A DNA stretch of 64,000 nucleotides from Novakomyces olei (lineage: Eukaryota). The notes beneath the pieces are model-generated. The model was not told where the DNA came from, made no database searches, and was given only the letters and a program-made list of their open reading frames with translations. The DNA lies in assembly GCA_016906335.1 (NCBI GenBank), contig JADEYG010000015.1:310001-374000 (forward strand). Direction: 5' to 3'. A program made the position numbers and the translations under genes. Within the stretch, counting starts at the first letter, position 1, and each line of letters starts with the position of its first letter. Shown here piece by piece: positions 10,803 through 22,684 of this stretch.

Positions 10803-12380
10803 TTAAACGACTTCAGCGTGCTGCAACTGCGGCTTGCCCTGGACAGTTGACAGCTCACCGTCATCGAGCTCCTCCTTTGAGGCACTCGCTTCACCACCAC
10901 CGTGTACAATCCTGTCACGCACATCGTCAACTTTGCTCTTGAGGCTGCCCGTGCGCCAGGCAGGGACGCGTGCCTTCCAGATATCCTCAATCTCCTCAAG
11001 ACTCTTGCCTCGGGTCTCTGGGAAAAGCAAAAACACTTCAATTGCCGCCACAAAGCAAAACACCCCAAAGCAAAAGTAGATGCGGTACTGGATATTGGTA
11101 AACGCGGGGGGCACAAAGAAGGCGAGAGCGAAATTGAAAATCCAATTAACGGCAGCACAAAGGCCGTTAGCCTTGGCGCGTTGGCGCAGAGGGAAAAGCT
11201 CAGACACATATACCCAAATACCGGGTCCCCAAGTTGGTGCGTAGCTTGCTACGAAAAGGTAGGAGCAGGCAATAATACCATTGGCAGCCCGCGAGTCTGG
11301 CACTGTCCAGCGAACATTAGGGTTGTCAGTAACGACATAGTGGCCGTGAGCGCCCATAATACCGCCTACGGCAAACAGCCAGAGAGACATGAGCATGGCT
11401 CCCCAGAAAAGCAGAGGTCGACGGCCCCAGCGATCGATAAACAAGAGAGCGGGAATAGTCATTACGACGTTGATCACGTACTGAATGGAGCTGGAAACGA
11501 GATTGGTGTTTCCCGTCTGGCCGGCCATTTGGAAAATGTATACAATATAGTACATCATGACGTTCATACCCGTCAATTGCTGCCACATTTGTGCCGAGAT
11601 GCCGACAGTAGTACGGATAATGCTCTCCTTGTTGAAGAGCTCCCAGTAAGTAACATTACGGGACTCACGTTCGACTCGGATAACTTCCAGCAGCTCCGCC
11701 CACTCGGCTTTTACGAGAGGATCGTCACGATTGCCCTTGGCATTCACGTGAGCGATTACATCGTGAGCCTCCTCCTCACGGCCGTGTCCGCACAGCCAAC
11801 GTGGCGATTCTGGTAAAAAGAGCAGGAACACCAAGTAAAGAAAACCCGGTACAATCTGGATGCCCCAGGCAGTGCGGAAGGCAGCCGGGCCACTGATAAA
11901 TGTGCAGCCATAAGAAATGTAAAACATCACCATTATACCAATGGTGACAGCCCATTGGAACATACCGACAAGACCTCCTCGCATGCGCTTAGGCGCAATT
12001 TCTGCTACATAAACGGGCGCTTGTGAGGAAGCAAAGCCAATGGAAAAACCGGCAACGAGACGGCCGACGATTAGTTGAGCAACGTTCTGAGACGAGCATT
12101 GGATAGCGGCTCCAATCATCCAAACGACAGCGGCCGCCATAAGCGTTGGCCGACGGCCAAAGATATCGGAAATAAAACCGGAAATGATACTGCCGAGGAA
12201 AGAGCCGCCTGCCATTGAGGCACTAATACCGCCCTGCATTACAGAACCGGGGCTGTGAAAGTAGTCGAGATACGCTTCATCACTGAGAAAAGCAGAGACG
12301 GAGGAAATATCAAAGCCAAACAAGCTACCACCAATGGTGGCAGCAGCAGCAATGACAAACGGGTTGTATACCGTCCACAT
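10803..12380 (-). CDS. MFS sugar porter, HGT1-like high-affinity glucose transporter (copy A)
   Basis: GSLFGFDISS, DIFGRR, PESPRWL, QQLTGMNVMMYYI, DRWGRR, PETRGKSLEE; intronless 525 aa. Confidence 0.95.
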   Translation of the reverse strand: MWTVYNPFVIAAAATIGGSLFGFDISSVSAFLSDEAYLDYFHSPGSVMQGGISASMAGGSFLGSIISGFISDIFGRRPTLMAAAVVWMIGAAIQCSSQNVAQLIVGRLVAGFSIGFASSQAPVYVAEIAPKRMRGGLVGMFQWAVTIGIMVMFYISYGCTFISGPAAFRTAWGIQIVPGFLYLVFLLFLPESPRWLCGHGREEEAHDVIAHVNAKGNRDDPLVKAEWAELLEVIRVERESRNVTYWELFNKESIIRTTVGISAQMWQQLTGMNVMMYYIVYIFQMAGQTGNTNLVSSSIQYVINVVMTIPALLFIDRWGRRPLLFWGAMLMSLWLFAVGGIMGAHGHYVVTDNPNVRWTVPDSRAANGIIACSYLFVASYAPTWGPGIWVYVSELFPLRQRAKANGLCAAVNWIFNFALAFFVPPAFTNIQYRIYFCFGVFCFVAAIEVFLLFPETRGKSLEEIEDIWKARVPAWRTGSLKSKVDDVRDRIVHGGGEASASKEELDDGELSTVQGKPQLQHAEVV

Positions 12381-15174
12381 GATTTCAGACTATCCAAAGG
12401 AGATATATACCTCTCTATATATAACCGTCAGATTGTATGGATTGTTGGACGCAAACAGGGGTGCTGTGGTCCCCTATTTATACAAACGAATCTTGGTGTA
12501 ATCCCATTAAATTAAAATTGAAAAACGGGTATCATTCTGCGGAGAAATATCGTTTAATAATCATGTTACATAGTAGCATCTATCCCAAGTGTAGGAAGCC
12601 GAACGTCAAATGGGCGTTCTTTTTCCTTCCCTGTTCCAATTTTCTATTGTAAGCGCCGAATAGTGTCCGCGTGAGACTCTTTCCGGATACAGCCGACCTT
12701 CTATTGCCCAAAACGGAAAAAGTTTCTCCGAGGACCGGGCCGAGGGCAAATGGAGGCTTTTGATTGGCCCGAAATACTCCACTTCCTTCGGCAGAAATCT
12801 TTATTTATAAGAGGGTGCCAAGAATACATTCTTAAGCTTCGACGGATTAACCCAGCGCTACAGCCATAGCGTCGATTCTTTGAGATTTGAACTAAATAAC
12901 CCATCAAACCCCGTATTCGCTCCGCATCGTAGACACGTTCCCCCACAATTCTTTGCCACAAGTCGTGCCTCAAGCTAAATCAAGTATTGTTGCGTAAAGT
13001 TTTCTCAAACGAAAATTCTTTAAATTTAATTACTTTGTTTTAATTGTACCCCTAGTTTTGTGAAATTATCCAATAGAAGGAGAGGCACGTAATAGGGAGT
13101 ATGAGAGCTGTGTATCATCCCACCTTGCTCCTCCCACCGCCGTCTCATGGATCTATCGGTCGTGTGCATTAATGCGGGGGCATTCTTTGACATAGTGATT
13201 ATTGGCATAGTATTGTATTTATCACCATCGTCGCAAGATTTACTGCATTCTGTAATGAGAAAATACACGTTTTTCCCGGTAAACTGTTGACAGTTATCTG
13301 CTGCCCATTAGTCTGTCTCCTTTACGCGAGCATCCTTCACGGTATCAGCCGGCCTGTAACCGGAAAACTGAGGTGTTCGATACGAGTCTCAAATTATAGC
13401 TCAGTGCTCACTGGGAACATATGCGCACTCGCCACCGACAGGTGCGTTAGTTCATGCTTCGTATTCGCCTGCCTAGTGTAATCAAGACTAGCGTAAATAG
13501 TCAGTATTTCCATGGTACTTGTTGTGGATACATACTAAGGTAGGCACTTGTAGTACGAGCTTGTGTGCGCTACGCTCTTTTATATGCTGCTCGATTGGAA
13601 ATTTCGCTTGCCGGTTTCCCCGCATTGGGCACAAGGCTCGTCGCGCTGGGATAGGCCAGAAGAGATTTACAGTCCCTAATTAGAAGGGAGCCGCACTCGT
13701 GTGGGACGAATAAAGTTTTGGTTTTCTCACTCGTCTCGTTTCGACGCGAGACTTTTTCGCAAGGCGCACTAATAAGGAGCATTTTAGCGTTAAGAGTACA
13801 GTGTGGTTTTGTGTTCGAAATACGACTTGTTGATCATTAAGTAGGACATACAAGTAAGATTTACGCGACGATGGCTCCAATGGGCAAAGCAGGCAGGCTC
13901 ATCACAGGAGAGTATGAAATCAAGCGATGGCAGTATTGGAAAAAAAAGCATTAGTAATGTAAACAATAGGACCCAGCGCGTGCTCGAACCAAAAAGTATT
14001 CTGTAGATTTTCGTTCTTTGATTAGGTTTGTGAGTTTAAAACTGAATCTGTATTTAAAATGAATCTAGATACTCAATTGTGCACTATTAAAGAATGGGTT
14101 ATATCATTTGAGAGCAGAGATGCGCAAAGACTACTACTACATCCAAGCCATTAAAAGACAGCCATCTGTGCACCCTTTCGCTAAAAACGTTGTGTAACTA
14201 TGCTCTACTGTTTACCCATTATTCGCGTCCTTTATAAGTCCATAATAAGCCATGCCCCGATAAAGCACCGAGATAACCCCACTTTGCCAAGTATGCGGCA
14301 TTTGTCACGACTATAAACATAACAAATGTTCCTTACCCGCCGTTAGAATACGTTTTTAAACAAGATCTCTCGTCTACCGTCGACAAGCTCCGTTCCGGTC
14401 GCAACTTATCGCCGTATGCAGCGAATCGGCCAATTTATTTATTTCTGCATTGCCTTACTAATTTTCCAATTCGAGCTCCACGTTCTAGACTATATTTAGG
14501 AATGAGAGAGAAATATTCTTATTCGACGAGCTTTCCCAAAACGGAAAAGAGGTCGAACAAAAAAGAGGAGCTGGTAAAGTTAAGCTATGCTCTTGGCGCA
14601 ATATGATTGGCTGTCCTAATAAGACTTATATGAAATAGGGTTATGAGCAGCACCCTTGTTCGAGTCTGCTCTCAAACCTAGCAATCAAGCCTAATAATCA
14701 AACCTAGCAAAAACCTTGTAAAGCGCCAAATGTTGGATAGGGCCGAGTGTCTACCAAGCCAGGACGCTCAAAATCGTATAGTAGCAATGGAAAAAGCTGT
14801 TATTATATCTAGAAAGCCATAGAACCTTATTTTCCTAAAGATCTACTGTGGGGAAATATTAAAAATTTGTCAGACCCCACCTTTCCGGTTTTGGACATGA
14901 CTTTAAAATCAGGTGAAAATAGGGGGTTTCTCCACCGTTCTGGAGACGATCGCAGTCGCGTGTGAGAAACCTGCGCTTCGGCTCGGCATAAACGGGGGAA
15001 TATTTATACAAAAACATCGTTAAGAAATTTTTACTTCCGTAATATAAAAGGGCGGGTAAGCCCGTCGTGTCCCATCAATCAGGCCAAAATACAGTACCCT
15101 ACGGTTTGAGACCAACTGTTTTAAACCAATCAAAAACAAAACCTCCAACCAACCCTGTCCCATAGTCGCGGGCA
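12381..15174. promoter_or_regulatory. Shared divergent promoter of the transporter pair with CreA/Mig1-type SYGGRG and CGGAAAA sites
   Basis: SYGGRG on either strand at 12539, 12777, 13174, 14277, 14848, 14875, 14930 and 14940; 14-mer CCCAAAACGGAAAA duplicated at 12707 and 14535. Confidence 0.5.
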
Positions 15175-16779
15175 ATGTATACGGTATACAACCCGTTCGT
15201 CGTTGCCGCGGCTGCCACCCTCGGCGGTAGTTTGTTTGGCTTTGATATTGCTTCCGTGTCTGCCTTCCTGGGTGATGACTCCTATCTCGACTATTTCAAC
15301 AGCCCCGGTTCCGTGAAGCAAGGCGGTATCAGTGCCTCAATGGCAGGCGGCTCTTTCCTTGGCAGTATTGCCTCTGGATTTATTTCCGATATCTTTGGCC
15401 GTCGGCCAACGCTTATGGCGGCCGCTGTCGTTTGGATGATTGGAGCCGCTATCCAGAGTTCGTCTCAGAATGTGGCCCAGTTGATTGTCGGCCGCCTTAT
15501 TGCCGGTGTTGCTATCGGCTTTGCTTCCTCACAAGCGCCTGTATATATTGCAGAAATTGCGCCTAAGCGCATGCGAGGAGGTCTTGTCGGTATGTTCCAA
15601 TGGGCCGTCACTATTGGTATCATGGTCATGTTTTATCTCTCATACGGCTGCACTTTTATCGATGGCCCCAACGCCTTCCGCACTGCTTGGGGATTGCAAA
15701 TGGTCCCGGGTCTCCTGTATTTCATTTTCCTTCTATTTTTACCCGAATCGCCCCGTTGGCTGTGCGGACACGGCCGTGAGGATGAGGCTTTGGAGATTGT
15801 AGCACAGGTCAACGCAAAGGGCAACCGTGAGGATCCTCTCGTAAAAGCTGAATGGTCAGAATTGCTTGAAGTCATTACTATTGAGCGGGAATCAAGGCAC
15901 GTTACTTACTTTGAGTTGTTCAACAAGGAGAGCGCTCTCCGCACTTTTGTCGGGGTTTCCGCACAAATGTGGCAGCAATTGACGGGTATGAACGTCATGA
16001 TGTACTATATTGTATACGTTTTCCAAATGGCTGGCAAAACTGGCAATAATAACCTTGTTGCCAGCTCCATCCAGTACGTGATCAATGTTGTAATGACCGT
16101 TCCCGCCCTCTTGTTTATCGATCGCTGGGGCCGTCGACCTCTGCTTTTCTGGGGAGCCATGCTCATGTCTCTCTGGCTGTTTGCCGTAGGCGGTATTATG
16201 GGCGCTCACGGCCACTATGTCGTTATTCCTGACAACCCTAATGTGCGCTGGGAGGTTACCAACACCAGAGCCGCTAACGGTATTATTGCCTGCTCTTACC
16301 TCTTTGTCGCTACTTTTGCGCCAACTTGGGGACCCGGTATTTGGGTATATGTGTCTGAGCTTTTCCCTCTGCGTCAACGCGCCAAAGCTAACGGCCTGTG
16401 TGCTGCCGTTAATTGGATTTTCAATTTCGCTCTCGCCTTCTTTGTGCCCCCGGCCTTTGCAAACGTTCAGTACCGCATTTACTTTGCGTTTGCTTCTTTC
16501 TGCTTTGCGGCCGGCGTCGAAGTCTTCTTCCTCTTCCCAGAGACGCGAGGCAAGAGTCTTGAGGAGATTGAGGATATCTGGAAGTCACATGTTCCGGCCT
16601 GGCGCACGAGTAGCATGAGGAGTAAGGTCGATGAGCGCCGTGATGCGTTCTCACGCGGCCAGATCCCCGCTGATTTGGATGTAAAGGAAAAGCCCGACAG
16701 CGAACATTTCGTTGAGCACGCTGAGCGTAACAGCGCTACTCCACCGCCACGAGCTGTTGGAACTGCAGAGCAAGTTTAA
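15175..16779 (+). CDS. MFS sugar porter, HGT1-like high-affinity glucose transporter (copy B)
   Basis: Same sugar-porter motifs as copy A; 534 aa; close paralog in inverted orientation. Confidence 0.95.
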   Translation: MYTVYNPFVVAAAATLGGSLFGFDIASVSAFLGDDSYLDYFNSPGSVKQGGISASMAGGSFLGSIASGFISDIFGRRPTLMAAAVVWMIGAAIQSSSQNVAQLIVGRLIAGVAIGFASSQAPVYIAEIAPKRMRGGLVGMFQWAVTIGIMVMFYLSYGCTFIDGPNAFRTAWGLQMVPGLLYFIFLLFLPESPRWLCGHGREDEALEIVAQVNAKGNREDPLVKAEWSELLEVITIERESRHVTYFELFNKESALRTFVGVSAQMWQQLTGMNVMMYYIVYVFQMAGKTGNNNLVASSIQYVINVVMTVPALLFIDRWGRRPLLFWGAMLMSLWLFAVGGIMGAHGHYVVIPDNPNVRWEVTNTRAANGIIACSYLFVATFAPTWGPGIWVYVSELFPLRQRAKANGLCAAVNWIFNFALAFFVPPAFANVQYRIYFAFASFCFAAGVEVFFLFPETRGKSLEEIEDIWKSHVPAWRTSSMRSKVDERRDAFSRGQIPADLDVKEKPDSEHFVEHAERNSATPPPRAVGTAEQV

Positions 16780-16925
16780 GCTTTGTATTATATTCTCATT
16801 TTGCCTCTGTTTATTAATATTATCAGCCTTTGACGCTCTAAAAGTTGATCGTCCTGCTGGTTACAATCGCTTGATCGAATCATTCGTAGTGTCCTTTTCC
16901 CATTTAGTTGTCTGTATGAATTTAC

Positions 16926-16984
16926 ACAGCATTGAACATTACGGCATTGAACATTACGGCATTGAACATTACAGCATTGAACAA
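16926..16984. repeat. 15-bp minisatellite (GCATTGAACATTACR), about 4 copies
   Basis: Visible tandem array 3' of transporter copy B. Confidence 0.9.
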
Positions 16985-18050
16985 CATTCAACCTGTATTG
17001 TAGTGCATTTGTAATTCTAATATCTATGAATCTAACATTTATGAATATACATTTATGCGGATTCGGAACATTAGTAATGTATACAGCGTTAGTGTTTTAT
17101 TGCGTATTTTTCTGTTTTTTATTTATTTATTTTACGCATATTGTTGTGTTTATTATACGAGCAACATTTTGCTAGGGTTTTCGTCGGCAGTCGGCTGCGC
17201 GACCAAGCAGGAAATTAAGCGGGGATATTGAAGAGGTATGGTAATGGCCGCACAAGTACACAGCGAGAACGGCTTTTATCAATCGCGGAAATATTAGCCG
17301 GCAGAAATGCCCGCTCGTTTATAAACATTATAAATAGGAAGTTGAAAACAGGAGTTCAATTGCTCGCTAAACTCATGCAAAGTGGGGCTGCAAATATAGG
17401 GTGAATCTTGACCAGATTGAGACAGTCTGTTTCGAACCAACGTTTTGATTAACATCTATTTCTAAGAGACGAAATAGAAAAATATACGAACGTTGAATTT
17501 TGTGGAAAACAGTCCGACCAGACTTTGTAGAATCCCAAATCTAATCCTTGGTTGGATAAGGAGGACAGCGATTTAAGAGGACTTGCGGTTTAATTTCTAT
17601 TTTAAATAAAATGCAAATAATAGAGAGAACGCTACGCGTCTGTCTATATTGAAAATTATAAATTATAACTTTTGATAAATATTGCTTCACGTATCAAAGG
17701 TTCGATTTACTAGACGTTTATATAAAATATTTACCGTAGAAAATTGAGCAGTGCCCTCGCTTATGCGGGCAGACGAACTAGTTTCGCTTTTGATAAGGAC
17801 TTCCTACATAAGTACGCAATGCCTTCCAATCACAAACCAGTTTAAATGAGTATCTTATCACTAGAAAAAAAGCTCAAATACACACGGCTCACCAATGAGT
17901 TCACGAACGAACAAATAATATATATTAACAGCTAAAACCTTAACCCTAACCCAGCCAATAAAAAGTAAGAAAATAAAACCCCAACGTCCAGAACAAATAG
18001 GAACCTAAACTCCTCAAACAAAATTGATTTCAGCCTTGATCGGACCAAAT

Positions 18051-18860
18051 TCACCAAGGTAAACGTAATGCTATGTTATACCCGTCCGGTGAAGAAGGTC
18101 CGGCCAGTACAGGCACTATATTATGAGAATCGCCAGTGCCTCCAATAGAAGAAGAAGAAGAAGCAGCAGCAGCAGCAGCGGCGGCCGCCGCCGCAGCAAT
18201 ATCGCTTCGATACCGAACAGTTCGGGCTAGAATTGCACATGCTACGCTCGCACCAGTAACTAATCCAAGTGTAAACCCTCTCCACCAAACTCGCTTAGCA
18301 AGAGAAGCAATCCGTGCTTCAGCTTCAGTATCATTTGCAAAAGACCGACGGCCAACTTTTCTTTGTCTATGATGATGATGGTGCTTGCCCTTCGCATTGG
18401 ACCCATTTCTCCGACTTTTGCTCTCTGATCTCCCATGGTCAGATTTACCTTGCGCCAAAGGCAAAGGCGGAACCATACTTAACAGGCTCATTGCCAGTCC
18501 TAAGCGGCCTTCTGTAATAGCATATTCATCAGCTTCTTCCGGGACAGAATGAAGAGACAGCGAAAGCGAGACAGAAGAAGAAGCGTTACGATGATGATCG
18601 ACTGGTCCATCTTCCTGAACTGCAGACTGTACTATGGGGGAATGTAGAGATGATATTGACGAAGACGGTGACAAGTCCATGAACGGAAGAATACGAGTCA
18701 ATTCGGAAGTTCCCAAGAAAGCGGGAGACTGGTCATATAAAAGCAAATCATCGTCATCTTCGCCTTGAATCACATCGTGCCGACCGCCATTATCACAGAC
18801 TACAGTAGCAGGGACACGGTCTTGTAAATCAATCCACGAGTCTCCAGGCCGGGCTGTCAT
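18051..18860 (-). CDS. Hypothetical single-pass membrane protein with N-terminal WxxL motif
   Basis: 269-aa ATG ORF: low-complexity Ser/acidic N-terminal half, basic/His patch, hydrophobic WWRGFTLGLVTGASVACAILA, poly-Ala tail. Confidence 0.7.
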   Translation of the reverse strand: MTARPGDSWIDLQDRVPATVVCDNGGRHDVIQGEDDDDLLLYDQSPAFLGTSELTRILPFMDLSPSSSISSLHSPIVQSAVQEDGPVDHHRNASSSVSLSLSLHSVPEEADEYAITEGRLGLAMSLLSMVPPLPLAQGKSDHGRSESKSRRNGSNAKGKHHHHHRQRKVGRRSFANDTEAEARIASLAKRVWWRGFTLGLVTGASVACAILARTVRYRSDIAAAAAAAAAAAASSSSSIGGTGDSHNIVPVLAGPSSPDGYNIALRLPW

Positions 18861-20458
18861 GGCTGCTGCAGAATCGATGCGTTTTGTTGTGACCTATAGT
18901 ACTAAATCTCTTTGCTTGCGACTTCGTTCTGAATCTTTCTCAAGGCCGGGAGCACGAGCAGTCGGGCAGAAATAGTCGAGATTTGACGCGTAGAGAACGT
19001 TAAAGGACAAGGCGAGCTGCCAAGTTACAACGTGTAATAATTGCAGTACGCTCAAGAGTGACAAATGTGCCCACACAGTTATTACCTGCAAGCTCAAGTA
19101 TACAGCGGCGCGTAAATTTCGTAAATTAAAGCAAACCGCAAAATGGAGAACAGGCCAGTGTGATAAATGGATATAAAACCGTTAGGCTTTATAAAGCCGA
19201 GTCACAAAACAAAGTACTGTATTTTAAAAGTTGCACAGTACGCCGAAAGGCAATATCTTAATCGGCGCGATACTTTGTCTTTAAAAGCTGGCACGAGACG
19301 AAACTTGCTTGCACAGACAATCGGCTATAAATTGCCCAGAGATCCAAGTGGAATAGACAAGTTGTGCTTAAAGGCGAGCGCTGAAATTTCTCCCTTTTTC
19401 CCTATTTTCCCTCTTTAGTCTCTTTTCTTCAGATCAGACGACAGTGAAAAGTAGTGTAGGCCTTCCAGCCAAAACAAGGCTCCAAGACACGCCGACTTTG
19501 TGTGCGTGTAATCAAGTCGCACAGGAGCCGGGGAAAAAGTAAACCGCAGCCGTGTAAAGGGCTCCTCTTTTTTATTTTGTTTTTTAAAAAGAAACGAAAG
19601 GCAGTAAAGTCTTATTAAAAACAGACTTCAAGACTTTGCACAAGTCCAGCCAGGAGTTTGGCTCGTCGCTCTAGAGACTATAATTTACAATAATTAATTA
19701 TTTATCATGTTAATATATGGTTACGGGTTACAGAGTATATATTATTCGTGGGGTAATTTCAAGCTGGCCAGATAGAGCGACGTTTGGAGAAAAGGAGGAA
19801 AGACTATTATGCTGAAAACTTCAAACGTGACGACTAAACAACACGCGAAAATGTTATTTGCTGCCTAAAGGGCGTCGCGATATATAGTCTCTACGTATCC
19901 AAGTGCTAGACTTTGCACCATTATTGTGGCGATAGATGATGAGTTTAAAAGGTCGATCGATAAGAGGTTTAATTAAAGACGAACGGATAAAATATAAGCT
20001 TATCCACCAATTCAATGATCGCGTTAGTACGACGTTTATATGTGCTATGATTGTGGCACGATTTTACTTGTTTGAACGAGTGCGGAGGCTGTTGTGTACA
20101 TGATGTAACAATACACATATGTTTGCTGTGAATTTTGAATACATATAATACGCAATGGCGAGGAATTGTAGCCGCAAAGCGGTGCTGCTGTAGACGAAAA
20201 GTTTCAACAAAAGAAACAGAGAATTTTTTTCGCCAATTTAACCGTCCGTCTCTTTATGGCAGTATGCTTCGTACGCAGCACTAGCTCGACTATTCGACAA
20301 CGCCGCCGTCAGAGTACACAATCTCCCATACAAAGTTTATGTAGATACTACTGTTGTTTTCAGTAAATCCTAAAAGCTCCTACCCGACAGTCTCCAAGTA
20401 ACCTGCGCGCACACGACAGATAGGGCCTACTTTGACCTTAACTAACATCTCGGGCTTT

Positions 20459-20525
20459 GGCAATTTAATATATGGCAATTTAGTAAATGATAATTTAATA
20501 TATGGCAATTTAATATATGGTAATT
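20459..20525. repeat. 15-bp minisatellite (GGCAATTTAATATAT), about 4 copies
   Basis: Visible imperfect tandem array about 310 bp upstream of ERG3. Confidence 0.85.
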
Positions 20526-20830
20526 AAACACAGGGCGGCCCCATGCGAATTCGGCAATATCACCGATATTAGATTACATACTTTAAAAAAATGTGGCCTG
20601 ATAGAATAAAGTGCTTTATACACAACAACAACAATTTGGCCGTAGACTCTGAGCCGACACGGAACCCGTCTATCCTCCAACTCTGCAAGTCTCTTTGTCA
20701 CACAGCGGGAAAAGGAGACTGGCAACCTGAATTATCATTGCCTTGCCGCTCTCGTTTAGTGACATTTAATTCTAGTTTGAACCCGACTGGTTACCAAGTC
20801 TTTGATCACAACCTTTGCTTTTCGACAGCC

Positions 20831-21928
20831 ATGGATATCGTGCTGGGAGTATGCGACTACTTTCTTTTTGACCGCATGTATGCGACGATTCTGCCCGCTT
20901 ACGGTCCCGCTATTATGGCGAGTGTGGCACGTGAGCCAACGGCGGCAGCGGCAGCAGTTTTGTCCTCTGCGAACGACACGTTCTCTATGGCCGCAATGAC
21001 CCCGGACAAGGCGACTACGATCTGGAGTGTTATTGAATCTGCCACTGCAGGATCGCCTTTGCCCACTGTTTACAGTGCACTGTCGCTACTGCCGCGCGAC
21101 AATATATATCGACAGGGCTTTTCCTTGTTCCTTATAACCTGGCTGTTTGGCGTTTTGACGTATCTGGCATCAGCATCGCTCTCATATGTCCTCGTCTACA
21201 ATCATGCGCAGATGCAGCATCCTCGGTTCTTGAAGAATCAGATTCGGTTAGAGATTGTGTGTGCTCTTTGGTCCCTTCCACAGATGGCTGTACTGACAGT
21301 GCCCTGGTTCCTTGCCGAGGTACGGGGCTACTCTTTCCTCTACGACTCAGTCTCAGACTATGGAACTGCTTATTTGATTCTGCAGTTTCCCCTGTTTATC
21401 GTGTTTACTGATTTCTTCATCTACTGGATCCACCGGTACTTGCATCACCCGCTTATTTACAAGCACGTGCACAAACCGCATCATAAATGGATTGTCCCAA
21501 CCCCGTACGCCAGTCATGCGTTCCAGGCGCTCGACGGATACAGCCAATCATTGCCGTACCACGTTTTCCCCTTTGTACTGCCACTGCACAAGTTTGCTTA
21601 CCTGGGTCTCTTTACTTTCATCAATATCTGGACTGTAATTATTCACGATGGTGAGTACATGTCCACGAATCCTGTAATCAATGGCGCTGCCCATCATACA
21701 GAGCACCACTTGTACTTTAACTATAATTACGGCCAGTTTACGACTTTGTGGGACCGTTTGGGTGGAAGCTACCGGAAACCTGCGATCGAGAATTTCATTC
21801 CGGATCTTAAACTGTCACAAAAGACATGGGACGCGCAAGTTGAGCAACTGGAAAAAATACGTTCAACTGTAGAAGGCGCGGATGATCGCGGATACGCTAA
21901 TACAGACGAGGCAAAGAAGACTCTGTAA
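20831..21928 (+). CDS. ERG3: C-5 sterol desaturase
   Basis: Typical start MDIVLGVCDYFLFD; His boxes HRYLH, HKPHH and HTEHH; YNYGQFTTLWDRLGGSY. Confidence 0.96.
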   Translation: MDIVLGVCDYFLFDRMYATILPAYGPAIMASVAREPTAAAAAVLSSANDTFSMAAMTPDKATTIWSVIESATAGSPLPTVYSALSLLPRDNIYRQGFSLFLITWLFGVLTYLASASLSYVLVYNHAQMQHPRFLKNQIRLEIVCALWSLPQMAVLTVPWFLAEVRGYSFLYDSVSDYGTAYLILQFPLFIVFTDFFIYWIHRYLHHPLIYKHVHKPHHKWIVPTPYASHAFQALDGYSQSLPYHVFPFVLPLHKFAYLGLFTFINIWTVIIHDGEYMSTNPVINGAAHHTEHHLYFNYNYGQFTTLWDRLGGSYRKPAIENFIPDLKLSQKTWDAQVEQLEKIRSTVEGADDRGYANTDEAKKTL

Positions 21929-22684
21929 TGCAATACTCGCTCTATGTTTGGGCCGAGTTGCTATTGCCGAACCACTTGTATTGTGTACTACTTGACGATT
22001 TTCCAATTTGTTTCAACATTTTAACGGCCTCTTATTTTGTGAGGTTAAGTGTTCTGCTTTTTTTTTCCAAAAATAATTTTTTTATCGAACCCACAATCTG
22101 TTTACTTTATACGAGACCTGAGGCGTACTTTTGTGTTGGTGGGGTTTGCCGCTTATGCCACTGACCGGGTCGGTGCCTTATTGGCAGTCGTTTTGTTTTA
22201 TGGGTATGGCAAAAGCAAACATTATAATTGCGGGTGAATTCGCGATAGAAGGGATTTGATGAGATCTGTGAAATTGAGTATTATGTAGAGCAGATATCAA
22301 CAGTCTATTACTCTTGTTGAAGAGCGGAAAAACTAATCTGTCAATGTTAAACTCTCTTAGGTTTGTTATAACGAGACCTGTGAACGGTTATCACTTTAAC
22401 GTGTTGTTGCAAATACGCAGTTTATAAAGCTTTTAGCGTATTGCGCACTGTCGCAGACATTACGAGTCTGCATAACCAGTTTAGAAGCCGGAATTGCGTT
22501 ATTTGATTTGATGATTAATTAATTAGTTAATCAATTAATTAGTATGTTTTTAGTGTTGCATAGGATTATGAGTAATAATAGTAATAACAATAATAACAAA
22601 TATTTATTTTTATTATTATCAATCATTATCATTACGATAATTGTAGACTCAATTAGACACGATTGCCTTCTTGTGCGTTGCATT

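Noticed and set aside
6839..11816. Long antisense ORFs (6839-7495, 6864-7448, 10902-11816)
   Set aside because: They are shadows of well-supported genes on the opposite strand and have no recognisable motifs.
13968..13992. tRNA-like T-arm/B-box (rc GGTTCGAGCACGCGCTGGGTCC)
   Set aside because: No D-arm, anticodon arm or matching acceptor stem in the flanking sequence.
17935..17952. TAACCCTAACCC as a telomere or interstitial telomeric array
   Set aside because: Only two units; treated as an isolated telobox.
20591..20830. 80-aa in-frame N-terminal extension of ERG3
   Set aside because: Orthologs begin at MDIVL (20831). The extension shows no recognisable features and probably starts upstream of the TSS; not excluded without 5' data.
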